Source: Protoeuglena noctilucae
Lineage: Eukaryota
Direction: 5' to 3'
DNA length: 64,000 bases
Assembly (NCBI GenBank): GCA_958009085.1
Contig: OY253671.1
Coordinates: forward strand, 1,302,001 to 1,366,000
In this document: one piece after another, positions 52,305 to 64,000 of the stretch
Numbering within the stretch: position 1 is the stretch's first letter
Layout of the letters: the number at the start of each line of letters is the position of its first letter
The notes under the pieces: model-generated
Seen by the model: only the letters and a program-made list of their open reading frames with translations
Databases searched by the model: none
Told to the model about the DNA's origin: nothing
Translations under genes and position numbers: made by a program

Positions 52305-55300
52305 ATGAAGCGGGGAGGCGACGACGAGCTGGATGGCCTGGAGTCCGGCGGGGAGGAGGTGGAGGAGAAGGGCGCCAAGGTGGGTGCAGGGCCGCACGGC
52401 AGCGACGGCGTGGGATACCTGGACCTCGCGCATATTGCCACGGTGCATGTGGGACGGCGATGGCTATTCCGCCCGGCCTGGGCGGAGGGCTCGCGAGGGA
52501 GCGGATTCCGCAGCGGCGGCCGCGGCCCATCCGCGTCTGCCGGGCCACGACGGTCGCAGCGAGACCATCATCGGTGCCCCCGAAACCAAACGTGTGTCGT
52601 GCGTCGCCCGCACCACGCGCGCGCATCCCACAGCGCCCGTGGGGCCTGCACGGTCCGTCCAACGCGCGCACCGGCGGCCCATTGCCTCCCCTTCGCATCC
52701 GACCACGCGCGGCTGGCATCCTCTGTTGCCTCGCGATCGCCGCCAAGTCCCCACTCTTGCCCCGAACGGTGTGGCGCAGGCGAACGGCGCGGCCCAGGCT
52801 GAGGGCGACCGGAAGAAGGACAAGAAGAAGAAGGAGAAGAAGAAGGGCGCGTTCAATCCATTCGGCGCGGACGACGATGACGACTTAGACCCCATCAAGG
52901 CTGCCGCGAAGAAGGACGCGCACGCGCAGGAGCCGAAGGTGGGCACGCCAGCTGCACTTTATCGAGCAATGCCCCGCGCCCGCGACCTCCAGCGACGCAG
53001 CCGCGCATCTGGCGCATCTGCAGGCCGGTGTTAAGAAGGGTGGCGATGACGGGGACGACGTGCCGCGGGGCAAGGGCAAGGGCAAGGGGAAGACCTTGGC
53101 GAGCGCCTTTGCCGCGCTGGGCATGGAGGATGACGAGTCGGACGACGGTGGCAAACCGCGGGGAGTGAAGGGGAAGGGGAAAGGCGGCGCGAAAGGGTCG
53201 TTCGCGGACTTGCTGGAGGCCAGCGAGGGTGAGGAGGAGGGGGTCGCATCGAAGGCCAAGGGCGGGGCCAAGGCCAAGGGTGGCTTTGCGGCGCTGGACA
53301 GCGACGAGGAGGGGCAGGGGGAAGCGGCGGCTGGGAAGGGGGCTAACAAGGGTGGCAAAGGTGGCAAGAAGGCCAAGGGTGGGTTTGCAGCACTGGACGA
53401 CGACGATGAGGAGGTGGCTGAGGCTGAGCTACCTGCCAAGGCTGACAAGAAGGGTGGCAAGAAGGCGAGGAGTGGGTTCGCTGCTCTGGACGATGAGGAC
53501 GAGGAGGAAGCTGCCGAGGCTGAGGCACCAGCCAAGGCCGCCGACAAGGGCAAGGGTGGCAAGAAGGCCAAGGGTGGGTTTGCTGCGTTAGACGACGAGG
53601 ATGACGAAGCTGCGGAGGCCGAGCCACCCGCCAAGGTGGACAAGAGCAAGGGCGGCAAGAAGGCCAAGGGGGGCTTTGCAGCACTGGACGATGACGATGA
53701 GGAGGCGGCTGAGCCACCAGTCAAGGCCGACAAGAAGGGCGGCAAGAAGGGCAAGGGTGGGTTTGCCGATTTGGAGGAGGAGGAGCCCGAGACAGAGCCA
53801 CCAGCCAAGGCCGACAAGAAGGGTGGCAAGAAGGGCAAGAAGGCCAAGGGTGGGTTTGCGGCGCTGGACGATGAGGACGAGGAGGAGGCGGCTGAGGCCC
53901 AGCCGCCAGCCAAGGCTGACAAGAAGGCGGAGAAGAAAGGCAAGAAGGCCAAGGGGGGCTTTGCGGCGTTGGATGACGATGAGGACGAGTCAGCTGAGCA
54001 GACCGGGGGGTCCAAGGGAGCGAAGAGCGCCTTTGCTGAGCTCGCTGAGGAGGACGATGGGGGGGCCAAGGACGATAAGGGCAAGGTTGGGAAGAAGGAC
54101 AAGAAGGGCAAGGGCAAGGGCAAGGTGAGGAGTAGGACGGGGTAGGGTACCAGGGGTGGGAAGGGGGCCAAGGCGAGGGTGAGGGTATGAGGTGGCGTGC
54201 GGCGTGCTGGTGGGAGCCTGTTGCCGCTCCCTTGTAGCATCAGTGGATGTTTCTCTTACCCCGAGCACTTCCCAGGGTCCCCTGGCCCACCCGTGGCTGT
54301 CGACCCTCTACGTGCTCGGCAAAGCAGCCACCCGGGGCCGGTCCTTCGCTTTGCACCCCGCGCCACCACTGCGCGTGGGTGTCAGTTAGGCCCGGACACC
54401 CCACCGCATCTGCCCACGCGGCGACATGCACGGACTGCCACGTAGCGCTGCCCGTCTAATGTTACGTGCTGGGTGCTCTGCGCATGGGCGCTCCCGACGG
54501 CGAGCTTGTGCCGTGTCGCAGAAGGGCGGCGCCGACGACCACGACGACATCGACGCGCTGGTGGAGCAGCTGGACGGACCGGGCGCCTCAAAGAAGGGCG
54601 GGGACAAGGCAGGCGACAAGGCTGGCGACAGGGCAGGGAACAAGGGCGAGGATGTGGGGGAGGGTGCGGGTGGGTCGGAGGTGCCCTTGGAGGAGCGGGA
54701 CCCCGTGACGCTGTCCAAGGCGCAAAAGAAGAAGCTCTTGGCAAAGAAGAAAGCAGCAGAGGCGGCGGCGGGCGGGGGTGCGACGGCGGCGCCGGCGGAG
54801 GCAGAGGCGGAGGGTGATGGCGAGGACAAGAAGGGCAAGAGTGCGGCGCCGAAGGGTGTGGCGGCGAAGATCGCTGCGGAGATGGAGCGGCGTCGGAAGG
54901 AGGAGGAGGACAAGCGGAGGGCGGAGGAGGAGCGGAAGCGGCAGGAAGAGGAAGAGAAGAGGTGAGGGCCCTGGGTGGGGGATGAGAGAGGATGCTGTGC
55001 ATGATGGGAGTTGGCTGCGCAGGGATGTAGTGACATGCGCGAGCGTATGGCAACTTGGCAGGGCGCGTGCGAGGGGTCGGTGCGGACCAGGCTCGACCTG
55101 GCAATGCGCCTTAGCACGTGTGGCGTGTTCGCAACGTGCCCCCGCGCCGGCTCGCTCCCCGCAGACTAGAGGAGGAGCGTAAGCGGCTGGAGGAAGAGGA
55201 GCGGGAGCGGAAGCGCCAGGAGGCCAAGGAGCGGCGGGAGCAGCTGCGCCGGGAGGGCAAGCTGCTGACGGGGCGGGCGAAGGAGAAGGCCGACCGCATG

Positions 55301-58300
55301 GCGGCGCTGAGGGAGCAGATCCTGGGGCAGGTGGGGCAGGCAGGCGCGAAGGACGTGGGGCCGCGGAAGGTCGAGACGTTGAAGGAGCGGCAGAAGCGGC
55401 TGGCGGAGGAGAAGAGGCGCAGGGAGGAGGCGCAGAGGGCGGCAGAGGAGGGGGCCGCGGCAGAGGAGGGGGAAGGTGAGGGCCTGTTGCTTGGGTGGGC
55501 GCATGGGGGTCTGCGATGCAGCCGAGTTGGGTCCAGGTTGAGGTGCCGTGCGATGGTCAAGTCGTATCAAACCCCGCCCGCCCGCGTCTCTGTCCTCGCA
55601 GCGGCCGAGTCTCGCGCCACGTCAACGGCCGAGGCCGCAGCGCCCGCGAGCGCCGAGGCGGAGTCAGCGCCGTCGTCGCGGCACGCGAGCGCCCAGGAGG
55701 CCCCCGTGGCAGCGCCGGCAGCGGCGGTGGCAGAGGAGGAGGACGAGGAGTCGTCGTGGCGGCTGCGGGAGCCCCTGGCGGAGGACTGGGAGGAGCACAG
55801 CGTGTCTGGGGCTGCGACGTCATCCGCGTCGAGCAGCGGGACCGACTCCAGCAGCGGCAGCGACAGTGAGAGCGACAGTGGGTCGTCCGACAGCAGCGAC
55901 TCAGACAGCGACTCGGACAGCAGCTACACGTCGAGCAGCGACGACAGCGACGAGTCGTCCGACGACGAGGCGCAGCGGCGCATGGACGAGGCCAAGGTGG
56001 GTGGTACTGTACGCATGGAGTGGTGCATGTATGAATGGGGTGGTACATGTATGCATGGGATGGCGAATGTACGCATGGGTGGCAGCATGGACGAGGCCAA
56101 GGTGGGTGGCCATGTATGCATAGCCACGAGTGCACCCTGAGTGTCGCGTGGGCATGGATGGATGGATGGAGGCGCTGAAGACGACCAAGTGTGTGTGGCT
56201 CACATGTCGCCATCACCATGCCGCAATGCCTCTCACCCGCGCGGGATGCTTCGCTGCCCCAGGCTCGGCGCGAGGCAAGGCGCAAGGCAGCGATGGAGCG
56301 CCGCAACGCCGACGACCTCCGCTCCCCCATCTGCTGCATTCTCGGCCACGTCGACACGGGTAAGACCAAGATCCTCGACAACATCCGGCGCACCAACGTG
56401 CAGGTGAGAGGGGTCACTGCGGATGGGCTGTTGGGCAGGGGCAGGCTCCTGATGGGCAAAGCGATTTGCTGGTCACTGGCGTGCTGGTCGGCTGGCGAGT
56501 TGCAACCATGCAAATGTGATGAGGGATTGTAGGAGTGCTCGCGTGATGTCTTTTGGATCTGCTAACTCTTTGGGCGCCGTATGAAGATCACGCGTCACCC
56601 GCGCTCCCATCGCTGCTCCCCTGCAGGAGGGCGAGGCGGGTGGCATCACGCAGCAGATCGGCGCGACGTACGTGCCGGCGGAGGCCATCCAGAAGCGCAC
56701 GGAGGAGCTGCGTGCGGGGCGCGCCTTCAAGATGCGTGTGCCTGGGCTGCTCGTCATCGACACACCCGGCCACGAGGTGACGCTGGGCCTGGCTTGGAGA
56801 TGGGGATTGTGGTGGTAACTGATGAATGCAGTCGCGTGCGAGTTGCTGGGCCTCACTGTGACGAGCACAGATGCTGGCATGGGAGGGGCTCAGGCGAGCG
56901 GCTGCGGTTGTGCTCTGCTGTCAGCCTCCCTACATCCCCAATCGCCCCTTGCCTTTATGCCCCTCACTCCTGCTGTCCTTCCCCAACCTGCCCTGACGCC
57001 TCTCACTCTCATTCACCACCCACACCCCCCCAGTCCTTCTCCAACCTCCGCTCCCGCGGCAGCGGCCTGTGCGACATCGCGGTGCTGGTTGTGGACTTGA
57101 TGCATGGCCTGGAGCAGCAGACGCGCGAGTCAATCAAGCTCCTGCGCATGCGCAAGACGCCCTTCATCATCGCCCTCAACAAGGTCGACCGCCTGTACGG
57201 CTGGGAGGCCAAGAAGGACGCGCCCATCCGGGCGTCGTTCGGGGCACAGAAGCAGTTCGTCGAGGAGGAGTTCCGGAACAGGCGAGAGGGGGTGGGAGGG
57301 GCATTAACTGTAACTGTTGGTAGAACAACAGAATGCACAGTTGACGAGGCGACTTCTATGGTCGCCATGCCGGCCGCACCGCCAGGTCGCCGTAGGCTGA
57401 ACGCTGGGTACTAACCTCACCTGGGCCACCACGTCTTCGCCTGACGTCCTCTCCTCGAATTGACCACGCTCGCCCGCCGCAGGTACAACGAGATCTCGTT
57501 ACAGCTCAACGCCGAGGGCCTCAATGTGGCCCTTTACTGGGAGAACCCCGACCCCCGCCGCTACGCCAACGTGGTCCCCACCTCGGCCATCACGGGGGAG
57601 GGGCTGCCGGACCTCATGCAGCTGCTGGTCAAGCTCACGCAGGACTTCATGAGCGACAGGTGAGGGTGGGGGAGCTCATGTAACGGTAGATGAGGTCTAG
57701 CTGTGGGCAGTATGGCAACCGAGCCTGGCAGGGCGTGGGATGAGCCCTGGCGAGCCAGCGAGTGCCGAGGGCGTCATGGCGCGTATGACAGCCTTTGTGA
57801 CGCTCCACTGCCCCCCAACCCTCTCTCTGTCCCAGGCTGATGTTCTGCGAGGAGGTTCAGTGCACGGTGCTGGAGGTGAAGAAGCTGGAGGGCCTGGGGA
57901 GCACGGTGGACGTGGTGCTGGTGAACGGGAGGCTGAAGGAGGGCGACCGCATCGTCTGCTGCGGGCTCACGGGCGCCATCGCCACCAACATCCGCGCCCT
58001 CCTCACGCCCCAGGTGCGATGCGGCCATGCTGGGTGTTGCATGTACCCCATACCTGCGTTATTGCCCAGCTGAGTGTCACACCAGTGCACCATACCTGCG
58101 CTTACAGCAACTCGCATGCATGCCCTTTCCCTTCTCTCGCAGCCGCTGAAGGAGCTCCGCGTCAAGTCCCAGTACGTGCACCACAAGGAGATCCGTGCAG
58201 CACAGGGCGTCAAGATCGTGGCGCCTGGCCTGGAGGGGGCCATTGCGGGGACGGAGCTGTACGTGGTGGTGGGGGACGACGACGAGGCGGAGCTGATGCG

Positions 58301-60027
58301 GCAGGTGAGGGGCCATGGGAGGGGTGGAGGTGTGGCAGTGCACGGGGTGGTGGGGTGGGCGTGGCTGGGCGGTGGGGTGGGAGACAGGCGTGCGGTGCTG
58401 CAGGTTCGATTGCAGTATTCACTATGAGGTTCCATAAACACCCTTCACGGCTTCTGTGCGATTCTCTCCACGTCTCTGCCCCTGCAGGTCAACTCGGAGC
58501 GCGACACCATCCTCACCCGCATCGACCGGTCGGGCGAGGGCGTCTGCGTGCAGGTGACACCCCGCGCTGGGAGATGAACGAGGGCCTTGCAGTCGCGCAG
58601 CTCCATCGCTGTCCACCGCACCTTCCTGCGTTGCTTAGCCGCACTTGATGCACCTCACGCCTGTCAGTGTCGCTTCTACCGCAGGCGTCCACCCTGGGGT
58701 CCATGGAGGCGCTGCTCGACTTCCTGTCCAGCGACGACGTCAAGATCCCCGTTTCTGGCATCGCGCTGGGTCCCATCCACAAGAAGGACGTCATGAGGGC
58801 GTCCATCATGCTCGAGCGGCGCCCGGAGCTGGCCGTCATCCTCGCCTTCGACGTCCACGGTGACTGAACTGAGGATCAGGGATGTCAAGGATCACAGCCT
58901 GAGTTGGCTCGCAAACGGTCCATGTGTGGGTGTGTTGATGTCTCACAGTCAGACGGGATGGATCATGCGGGGAGGCACTTGCCTTGACAGGCCTGTGTCG
59001 TCTGTGACCTGACCCAGCTCCCAGTGCGCCCTTGGGCCCACAATCGGTCCCCTAACAACCCGGCCCCCGCAGTGACCCGCGAGGCCCAGGAGTACGCCGA
59101 CAGCCTCGGCGTCCGCATCTTTACGGCGGACATCATCTACCACCTCTTCGACCAGTTCAAGGCGTACATTGAGGGGGTGAAGGAGGAGCGCAGGGCGGCG
59201 GCCGCCGAGGAGGCGGTCTTCCCCTGCCGGCTCAAGATCCTCGAGCAATACATCTTCAACCAGAAGTGAGCGACGACCGGAGAGATTCCTGGGCACGTGT
59301 GGGCAAATCCACACGCACGCGTCACGTCGACCCCTGCCGCACGCGCCATGCTGCGTGTGTCGGGCGGAGACCACCGCAGGGTGCCTATCTGTCTGATCGC
59401 CCTACGTTTCGTGTTTCTGCGCAGGGATCCGATCGTGCTGGGCGTCGAGGTGGTGGACGGGGTGCTGCGCAAGGGGACGCCCATCTGCGTGCCGGCGCAG
59501 AACTTCGTGAGCCTGGGGAAAGTGGCGTCGATGGAGAAGGAAAAGAGGGAACTGTTCCAGGCCAGGAAGGGCGACCAGGTGGGGGCTGTGCGGGGCCAGG
59601 CTGCGAGCCGCTTCTGTACTTGAGCGAGCCCACCACAGCATATGCGCCTGCCCCATGCACCGCCGCTCCCGCCTGTCATCAGTGCCCTTAGACCTCCACG
59701 CGCCCCCTCTCACTCCTCTGGCCTCAGATCGCGGTCAAGATCGCCCCCACAAACGCCGCCGAGCAGGCCAAGATGTACGGCCGGCACTTCACCCACGTGG
59801 ACGAGCTGGTGTCGCGCATCTCCCGGAGGTCCATCGACCTCCTCAAGGAGAACTTCCGGTGCGTGGGCGTGGATATTGGGTAGTATAGCATGTGGAGGGC
59901 TTGGTTGGAATGGTCGGGGGTGCGGTCATCGCGCAATGGAGACTGTCCTCCCCCTTGCAGGGACCAGATGGAGCCTGACGACTGGAAGCTCGTCATGAAG
60001 CTCAAGAAGGTTTTCTTAATCGAATGA
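52305..60027 (+). CDS. EIF5B: Eukaryotic translation initiation factor 5B
   Basis: [83 protein letters not shown]-terminal [20 protein letters not shown]. Confidence 0.97.
53090..54056 (+). repeat. Coding tandem repeat in the eIF5B N-terminus ([20 protein letters not shown] unit, about 11 copies)
   Basis: Visible in ORF 53060..54145. Units are about 100-125 bp and imperfect at the DNA level. Confidence 0.9.
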
Positions 60028-60260
60028 GAGTGCGTCCCCGTCGCCTGCACGAAAGCATCAGTGCTGGGCAGCCCCCGTTGCTTGCATGGGTCTTGGTCGC
60101 TGGAGATGGCAGCTGCTGCGCTGTGTGCCATGTCGTGTGTGGAGCGCCACGATTGCCTGCCAGGCCTCCCGCACCTGCTGCGCAGCATTACACGTCGCGC
60201 TTGTTCAAAAGCAAAGCGTCGCATGGCACCGGTCGGGCTCAGAGCTGAGAGCAGCGATTG

Positions 60261-60983
60261 TCAGTCCACAATAAAGCGATTTGCGAAGCCGTCCTGCGTG
60301 AGCCGGCACGACTCCGTCCTCCCCAGCAGCGAGTACCTGTTGTTGGCAATGGCATCGTACACAGCGTCCATCAATGGCTGCGGAAATGCACGGGCTCTGC
60401 GGTTTGACAGCGCCGGGTGCATGTGGACTCGCACGGAGCCACACACAGCCGCCCCCCAGTCACCTTGGGAATGGTGGCCCTGGCCAGGCGGGCCAGCTGC
60501 GGGAAAGGCTCGTCCAGATGCTCCCCGATGGCCAGCACGGCGTCGCTCTGCAGCGGAGAGCGGAGAGCAACATGCTCTCCACGGATGTTGATGCCCGCGA
60601 GTCTCGCGCGACGAGGAGCTTTGACGCAGCCGAATCACCTTGATGGCGTGCTGACTGCCGTCGATGTACACGATCGAGCTGAGGTCGTCGGTGCGGCGCC
60701 CCGCGCGGCGCAAAAGCTCCGCCCCCGCACCGCTTTGCAGCGCTGCCATGCGAATGCGACCCCTAGAGTCCATCTCCAGCACCATGTTCACGCCTGTGTT
60801 GCAAAAATTGCACACGCCATCGTAGAGAAAGATGGGACGCCGGTCGTCGGCGAAGAAGCGCTCGCCGGGGCGGGCCTCCGTGGGCGGCGCCGTGCTGGAC
60901 GTCGCGCGCAGATGCAGACGCTCCCGTCGACCCCAGCGAAGCCGTTGCTTGTACGCGGCTGACAGTGCCGTGGGGCACTGCAT
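60261..60983 (-). CDS. DCC-family thiol-disulfide oxidoreductase (DUF393-like)
   Basis: PIFLYDGVCNFC (DxxCxxC), ALQS, SDAVL, DAVYDAIANNRYSLLGR..C. Transit-peptide-like N-terminus. TGTAA on the minus strand at 60188-60192. Confidence 0.92.
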   Translation of the reverse strand: MQCPTALSAAYKQRLRWGRRERLHLRATSSTAPPTEARPGERFFADDRRPIFLYDGVCNFCNTGVNMVLEMDSRGRIRMAALQSGAGAELLRRAGRRTDDLSSIVYIDGSQHAIKVIRLRQSSSSRETRGHQHPWRACCSPLSAAERRRAGHRGASGRAFPAAGPPGQGHHSQGDWGAAVCGSVRVHMHPALSNRRARAFPQPLMDAVYDAIANNRYSLLGRTESCRLTQDGFANRFIVD

Positions 60984-61219
60984 CTCAAGTCGAGGACGCT
61001 GGGATATCGGGCAGCGCCTTGGGTCTGTCGACGACGGGATCCGATGCGGTGTGAGAAGGATCAGTATCTGACCGAAACTCGGCGAATTCGCTCAGGCATT
61101 TCTCCTCTGACGTGCCAATGCCATTACGTCAGCTTTCCAGTTTTCCTTTCCCACCCCCCTGGGCGTGGCCCAAGCAGCAATCTTCTCTTCACTACCAAGC
61201 TGCAAGAGGAATCTTCACG

Positions 61220-62053
61220 ATGATCGGCGTCGGCGACTCGCTCCCCGGCGGAGTGACCTTCTTCGTCGACCCCTCGTCCCCGAGGGAGGCCACGGCGGAG
61301 GAGCTGTTCCGCGGGAAGAAGGTGATTGTGCAAATATTACATCGAGGGCGCCCGATAGCCTCGCCGAAAGCGAGACGAACCGCGCAGGAAAGGGCCCAAC
61401 CGTGGCTGGACCCGAGCCCATCCAGGTCATCCTCATCGGGATCCCCGGCGCCTTCACGCCCACGTGCGACCAGAAGCACATCCCCAGCTTCGTGCGGGAG
61501 TATGACCGCGTGAAGGCCATGGGATTCGACATGGTCGCCTGCGTCGCCACGAACGGCGAGTGCAAAACCCTCGTTCCCCGCGCTGGGCAGGGCGATACGC
61601 GCGCTGATGCTTGAACGTGCCTCGCGGGAAGGCCGATACGCGCACTCTCGTTGCGTCATCGCTGGGATTCATCGCTGGACGCGACTCTCGCCCTTCCCGC
61701 AGACATCCACGTGATGGGGAAGTTCGGGCAGCAGCAGGGCGCCAACGGGAAGATCGAGATGCTGAGCGACGTCTCGTTGGAGTACACCAAGGCGTGCGGC
61801 TTGGAGATGTTCGCCAAGATCATCGGCACGCGCTGCCGCCGCCACGTCCTGGTCTTGGATGACCTCAAGGCGAGGGCCCGGGCATTGCGAACGGTGCACT
61901 ATGCGGATGTGCACCCGACAGCTGCGGACACGAGCTTGATCGTTGCCCTGCCGCCCTGCGCAGGTCGTGTATGTGGACGCCGAGGAGGGAGGGGCGTGCA
62001 CGCGGAGCCTGGCGTCGGACGTCATCGACGCGCTCAAGGCCAAGGACATGTGA
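61220..62053 (+). CDS. Type II (PRX5-like) peroxiredoxin
   Basis: MIGVGDSLP, FRGKKVILIGIPGAFTPTC..KHIPSF, CVATND.HVM, MLSD, GTRCRR. TGTAA at 62067. Confidence 0.93.
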
Positions 62054-62172
62054 CTAGGGGCCCGGATGTAAAGCGAAGGGTCTGGGAGGCCGATGTTCGT
62101 TTGAATGGGGCGCCACACTCGCTGGCCGCCTGCCAGCGAAACTCTCTCTATGCGTGGGGACGAGGGGGGCGC

Positions 62173-63318
62173 CTACTCGAAGAAGAACTTGACGACGATG
62201 CACGATATGTTGTCGTTGCTTCCTCGCTGGTACGCCTGCTCCGCCAGGTCCTTGGCGGCGTCCTTCGCGGACTGCGCCTTCTCAATGATCCCCCGAGCAT
62301 CCTCGTTCGTGATCACGTCCCAGATGCCGTCCGTCGCCTGCGGACACGCGCCAAACCTCGCCCCGTCTCAGCCGCGCGGCACTCGCGCCCTTGCCCCCAG
62401 GCATCCCCAGCACCCTCTCCGCCCCTCACCAGCACGACAGCCACGTCCCCCGCCCCCAGCTTCTCGTGGCGGAGGTCCGGCCGCGCCACCACGAAGTCCT
62501 TCAGCAGTCGGTCCCCGAAGGCCCGCGACACCGCCAGCACGCCCCCCACGCGCCACGTGCCCGCCCAGATCACCACGCCCCCCATCTTCTCAATCCTCTC
62601 GCGCTCCTCCGGGATGTTGGGCTTGTGGTCGTTCGACAGCTGCACGCACTCGCCGTTGCGGAAGAGCACGGCGCGCGAGTCCCCCACGTGGCCCAGGTAC
62701 AGGTCCTGCTCCCGGATCACCATCGCCGCCGCCGTGCAGCCGTCGTCGCGGTCGTTGGCGCCCTGCGGGATTGGCACCGGGGCGCGACCCTCCCGTGCCT
62801 CGGATCGCACGGCATGGCGCAGCCCAGTTGCGGCACCAGCCTCTGCTGCGGTCCCACCTCGGACGCCAGGTACTGCTTGTCCGTCTCCAGGAACGACTCC
62901 TCGATGGCCTTCTCGGGGTAAGCGTTGAAGTCCTTGTGTTGCATGATGTTGTGCAAGAGGCGGTCGCGGACAAAGTGCGCCGCGTCGGGGCCCCCGTGGC
63001 CGTCGAACACCCCAAAGCACCCGACCTGCCGACCTGACGCGTCCCTCACGAAGTCGGCGTACGTGAAGTCCTCCATTTGCGACCGCTTCCCCCGCATGAG
63101 CGCGTACCCGTACTCCACCTTGCCGTCCTCGCGCTTCTTTTCGCCGCTGCGACGTGGTGCACGGCGGACAGCTTCACGTACCAATACTGACGCCGTATCG
63201 GGGCCCGGGACGCCCCGGCGCGGCGCGGCCGGCCAGGGGCCCTCCGTCGCCGGGGCGTGGCGCATGCCCCGCTACCGCGCTCTCACCACTCGACCTTGCT
63301 CCCCCCCGTGTCCCCCAT
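62173..63318 (-). CDS. Protein phosphatase 2C
   Basis: RGKRSQMEDF, FGVFDGHGG, DGCTA, HVGDSRAV, LSNDHKPN, GGVLAVSRAFGD, DGIWDV, GSNDNISCIVV. Confidence 0.95.
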
Positions 63319-64000
63319 GGCTTTCGCCACGTACATCCTAAGCACTCCCCTGGGAGGGCGTTCCAAGCCCCGGACTGCGGGCGCAGGGGCAGCACGTCGT
63401 CGTGGAGCAGCCTGGCAGGGCGCCGCGGCCACCCGGGGGCCCACGCGCCAACCGGCGTGCGACAGGAGCGGATCGAACCCCTAAAAAGCCCGCGGAGTGA
63501 CCAGCGGTGTCCTACGCGAGGACGGGGCACCTGCCCGGCCCCCCCCCCAGCCTGTTCGCGCTCTCGCGGCTACCCCGAGCCGCAGTGATCGTCGGCTGCT
63601 GTGCTCGCTTTCGTACGCCACGAGACGGTGTCCGCACGGAGCGAGGAGGCCCGGAAAACGCTCCTCTCGCGGAGGGTGGCCCGAAAGTCAAAAAAGCCGC
63701 CCGCGCGGGCCCGAAACGCGGTCCCCGTCGCAGCGGCCGCGTGAGATTTCCACGCGTGAGCCGGGGGGTACAACATCTACCGGTTTCCCCTCCTCAAAAA
63801 GCTCTCGAGGTCTCGGTCAGCCCCCCCGCGATTCGCCACCTGCACCAAGCCAAAACCCCAACCTCTCCGCCCTCGATCGGAAGATCGCGAGGGCCGAGCG
63901 CACCGCCCAACCCAACGCTGAGACAGCGCGAGAGTCCGAGCAATGGAGTTGCGGAATCGAGAGAAGAGCAAGCGAAAGGGAACCTCACGGACGGGAAAGT

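Noticed and set aside
53090..54056. CRISPR-like repeat-spacer pattern
   Set aside because: The repeats are imperfect, in frame and protein-coding within eIF5B, in a eukaryotic context with no cas genes.
52885..54240. Long minus-strand ORF (451 aa), and similar long ORFs such as 46908..48305 (+), 22131..23762 (-) and 9652..11235 (-)
   Set aside because: These are antisense shadows of real GC-rich coding exons, with no independent protein features.
56516..56590. Box C/D snoRNA in an eIF5B intron (GTGATGA present)
   Set aside because: There is no canonical CTGA box D or terminal stem, and the downstream region contains a likely branch point (CTAAC).
1..64000. Alternative genetic code (TAA/TAG = Gln, as in some ulvophytes), suggested by most genes ending in TGA
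   Set aside because: DRP1 and PP2C end at TAG at the expected C-terminal positions, the ankyrin gene ends at TAA just before a TGTAA signal, and I saw no in-frame TAR in conserved exons. TGA bias fits high GC.
1..64000. Introner elements or transposons explaining the many introns
   Set aside because: By eye, introns of unrelated genes share no extended sequence or terminal inverted repeats, and there are no transposase or RT motifs. An all-vs-all intron alignment would be needed to exclude weak families.
63943..64000. Possible start of another + strand gene (MELRNREKSKRK...)
   Set aside because: It is too short and truncated by the window edge to support.

Overview
Gene-dense, GC-rich eukaryotic nuclear DNA with many short spliceosomal introns (mostly ~70-250 bp). 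It is most likely from a chlorophyte green alga: TGTAA poly(A) signals follow several genes, and a BRX-domain PRAF gene, a plant-type DRP1 and a CHI-fold protein are present. The six-frame ORF track is fragmented by introns, so I spliced gene models by hand; coordinates are gene spans and some ends are uncertain. About 17 protein-coding genes: SEC23, two tandem P450s, an IQ/WW protein, a small probable axonemal protein, a CHI-fold protein, a DEDDh RNA exonuclease, FTHFS, a double GST-N/thioredoxin-fold protein, a signal-peptide Cys-rich ankyrin protein, a PH-RCC1-BRX protein, DRP1, a dynamin stalk-PH-GED protein lacking a GTPase domain, an unknown membrane protein, eIF5B, a DCC oxidoreductase, a type II peroxiredoxin and a PP2C. 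No rRNA, tRNA, CRISPR array or recognisable transposon was seen. The main leads are: (1) the GTPase-less dynamin head-to-head with a PH-less DRP1; (2) a 58-bp exonic tandem duplication that is either a nascent GC-AG intron, a null allele or an assembly error; (3) unusually frequent GC-AG introns; (4) mosaic identity between the P450 paralogues; (5) an apparently secreted, modular Cys-rich ankyrin protein.
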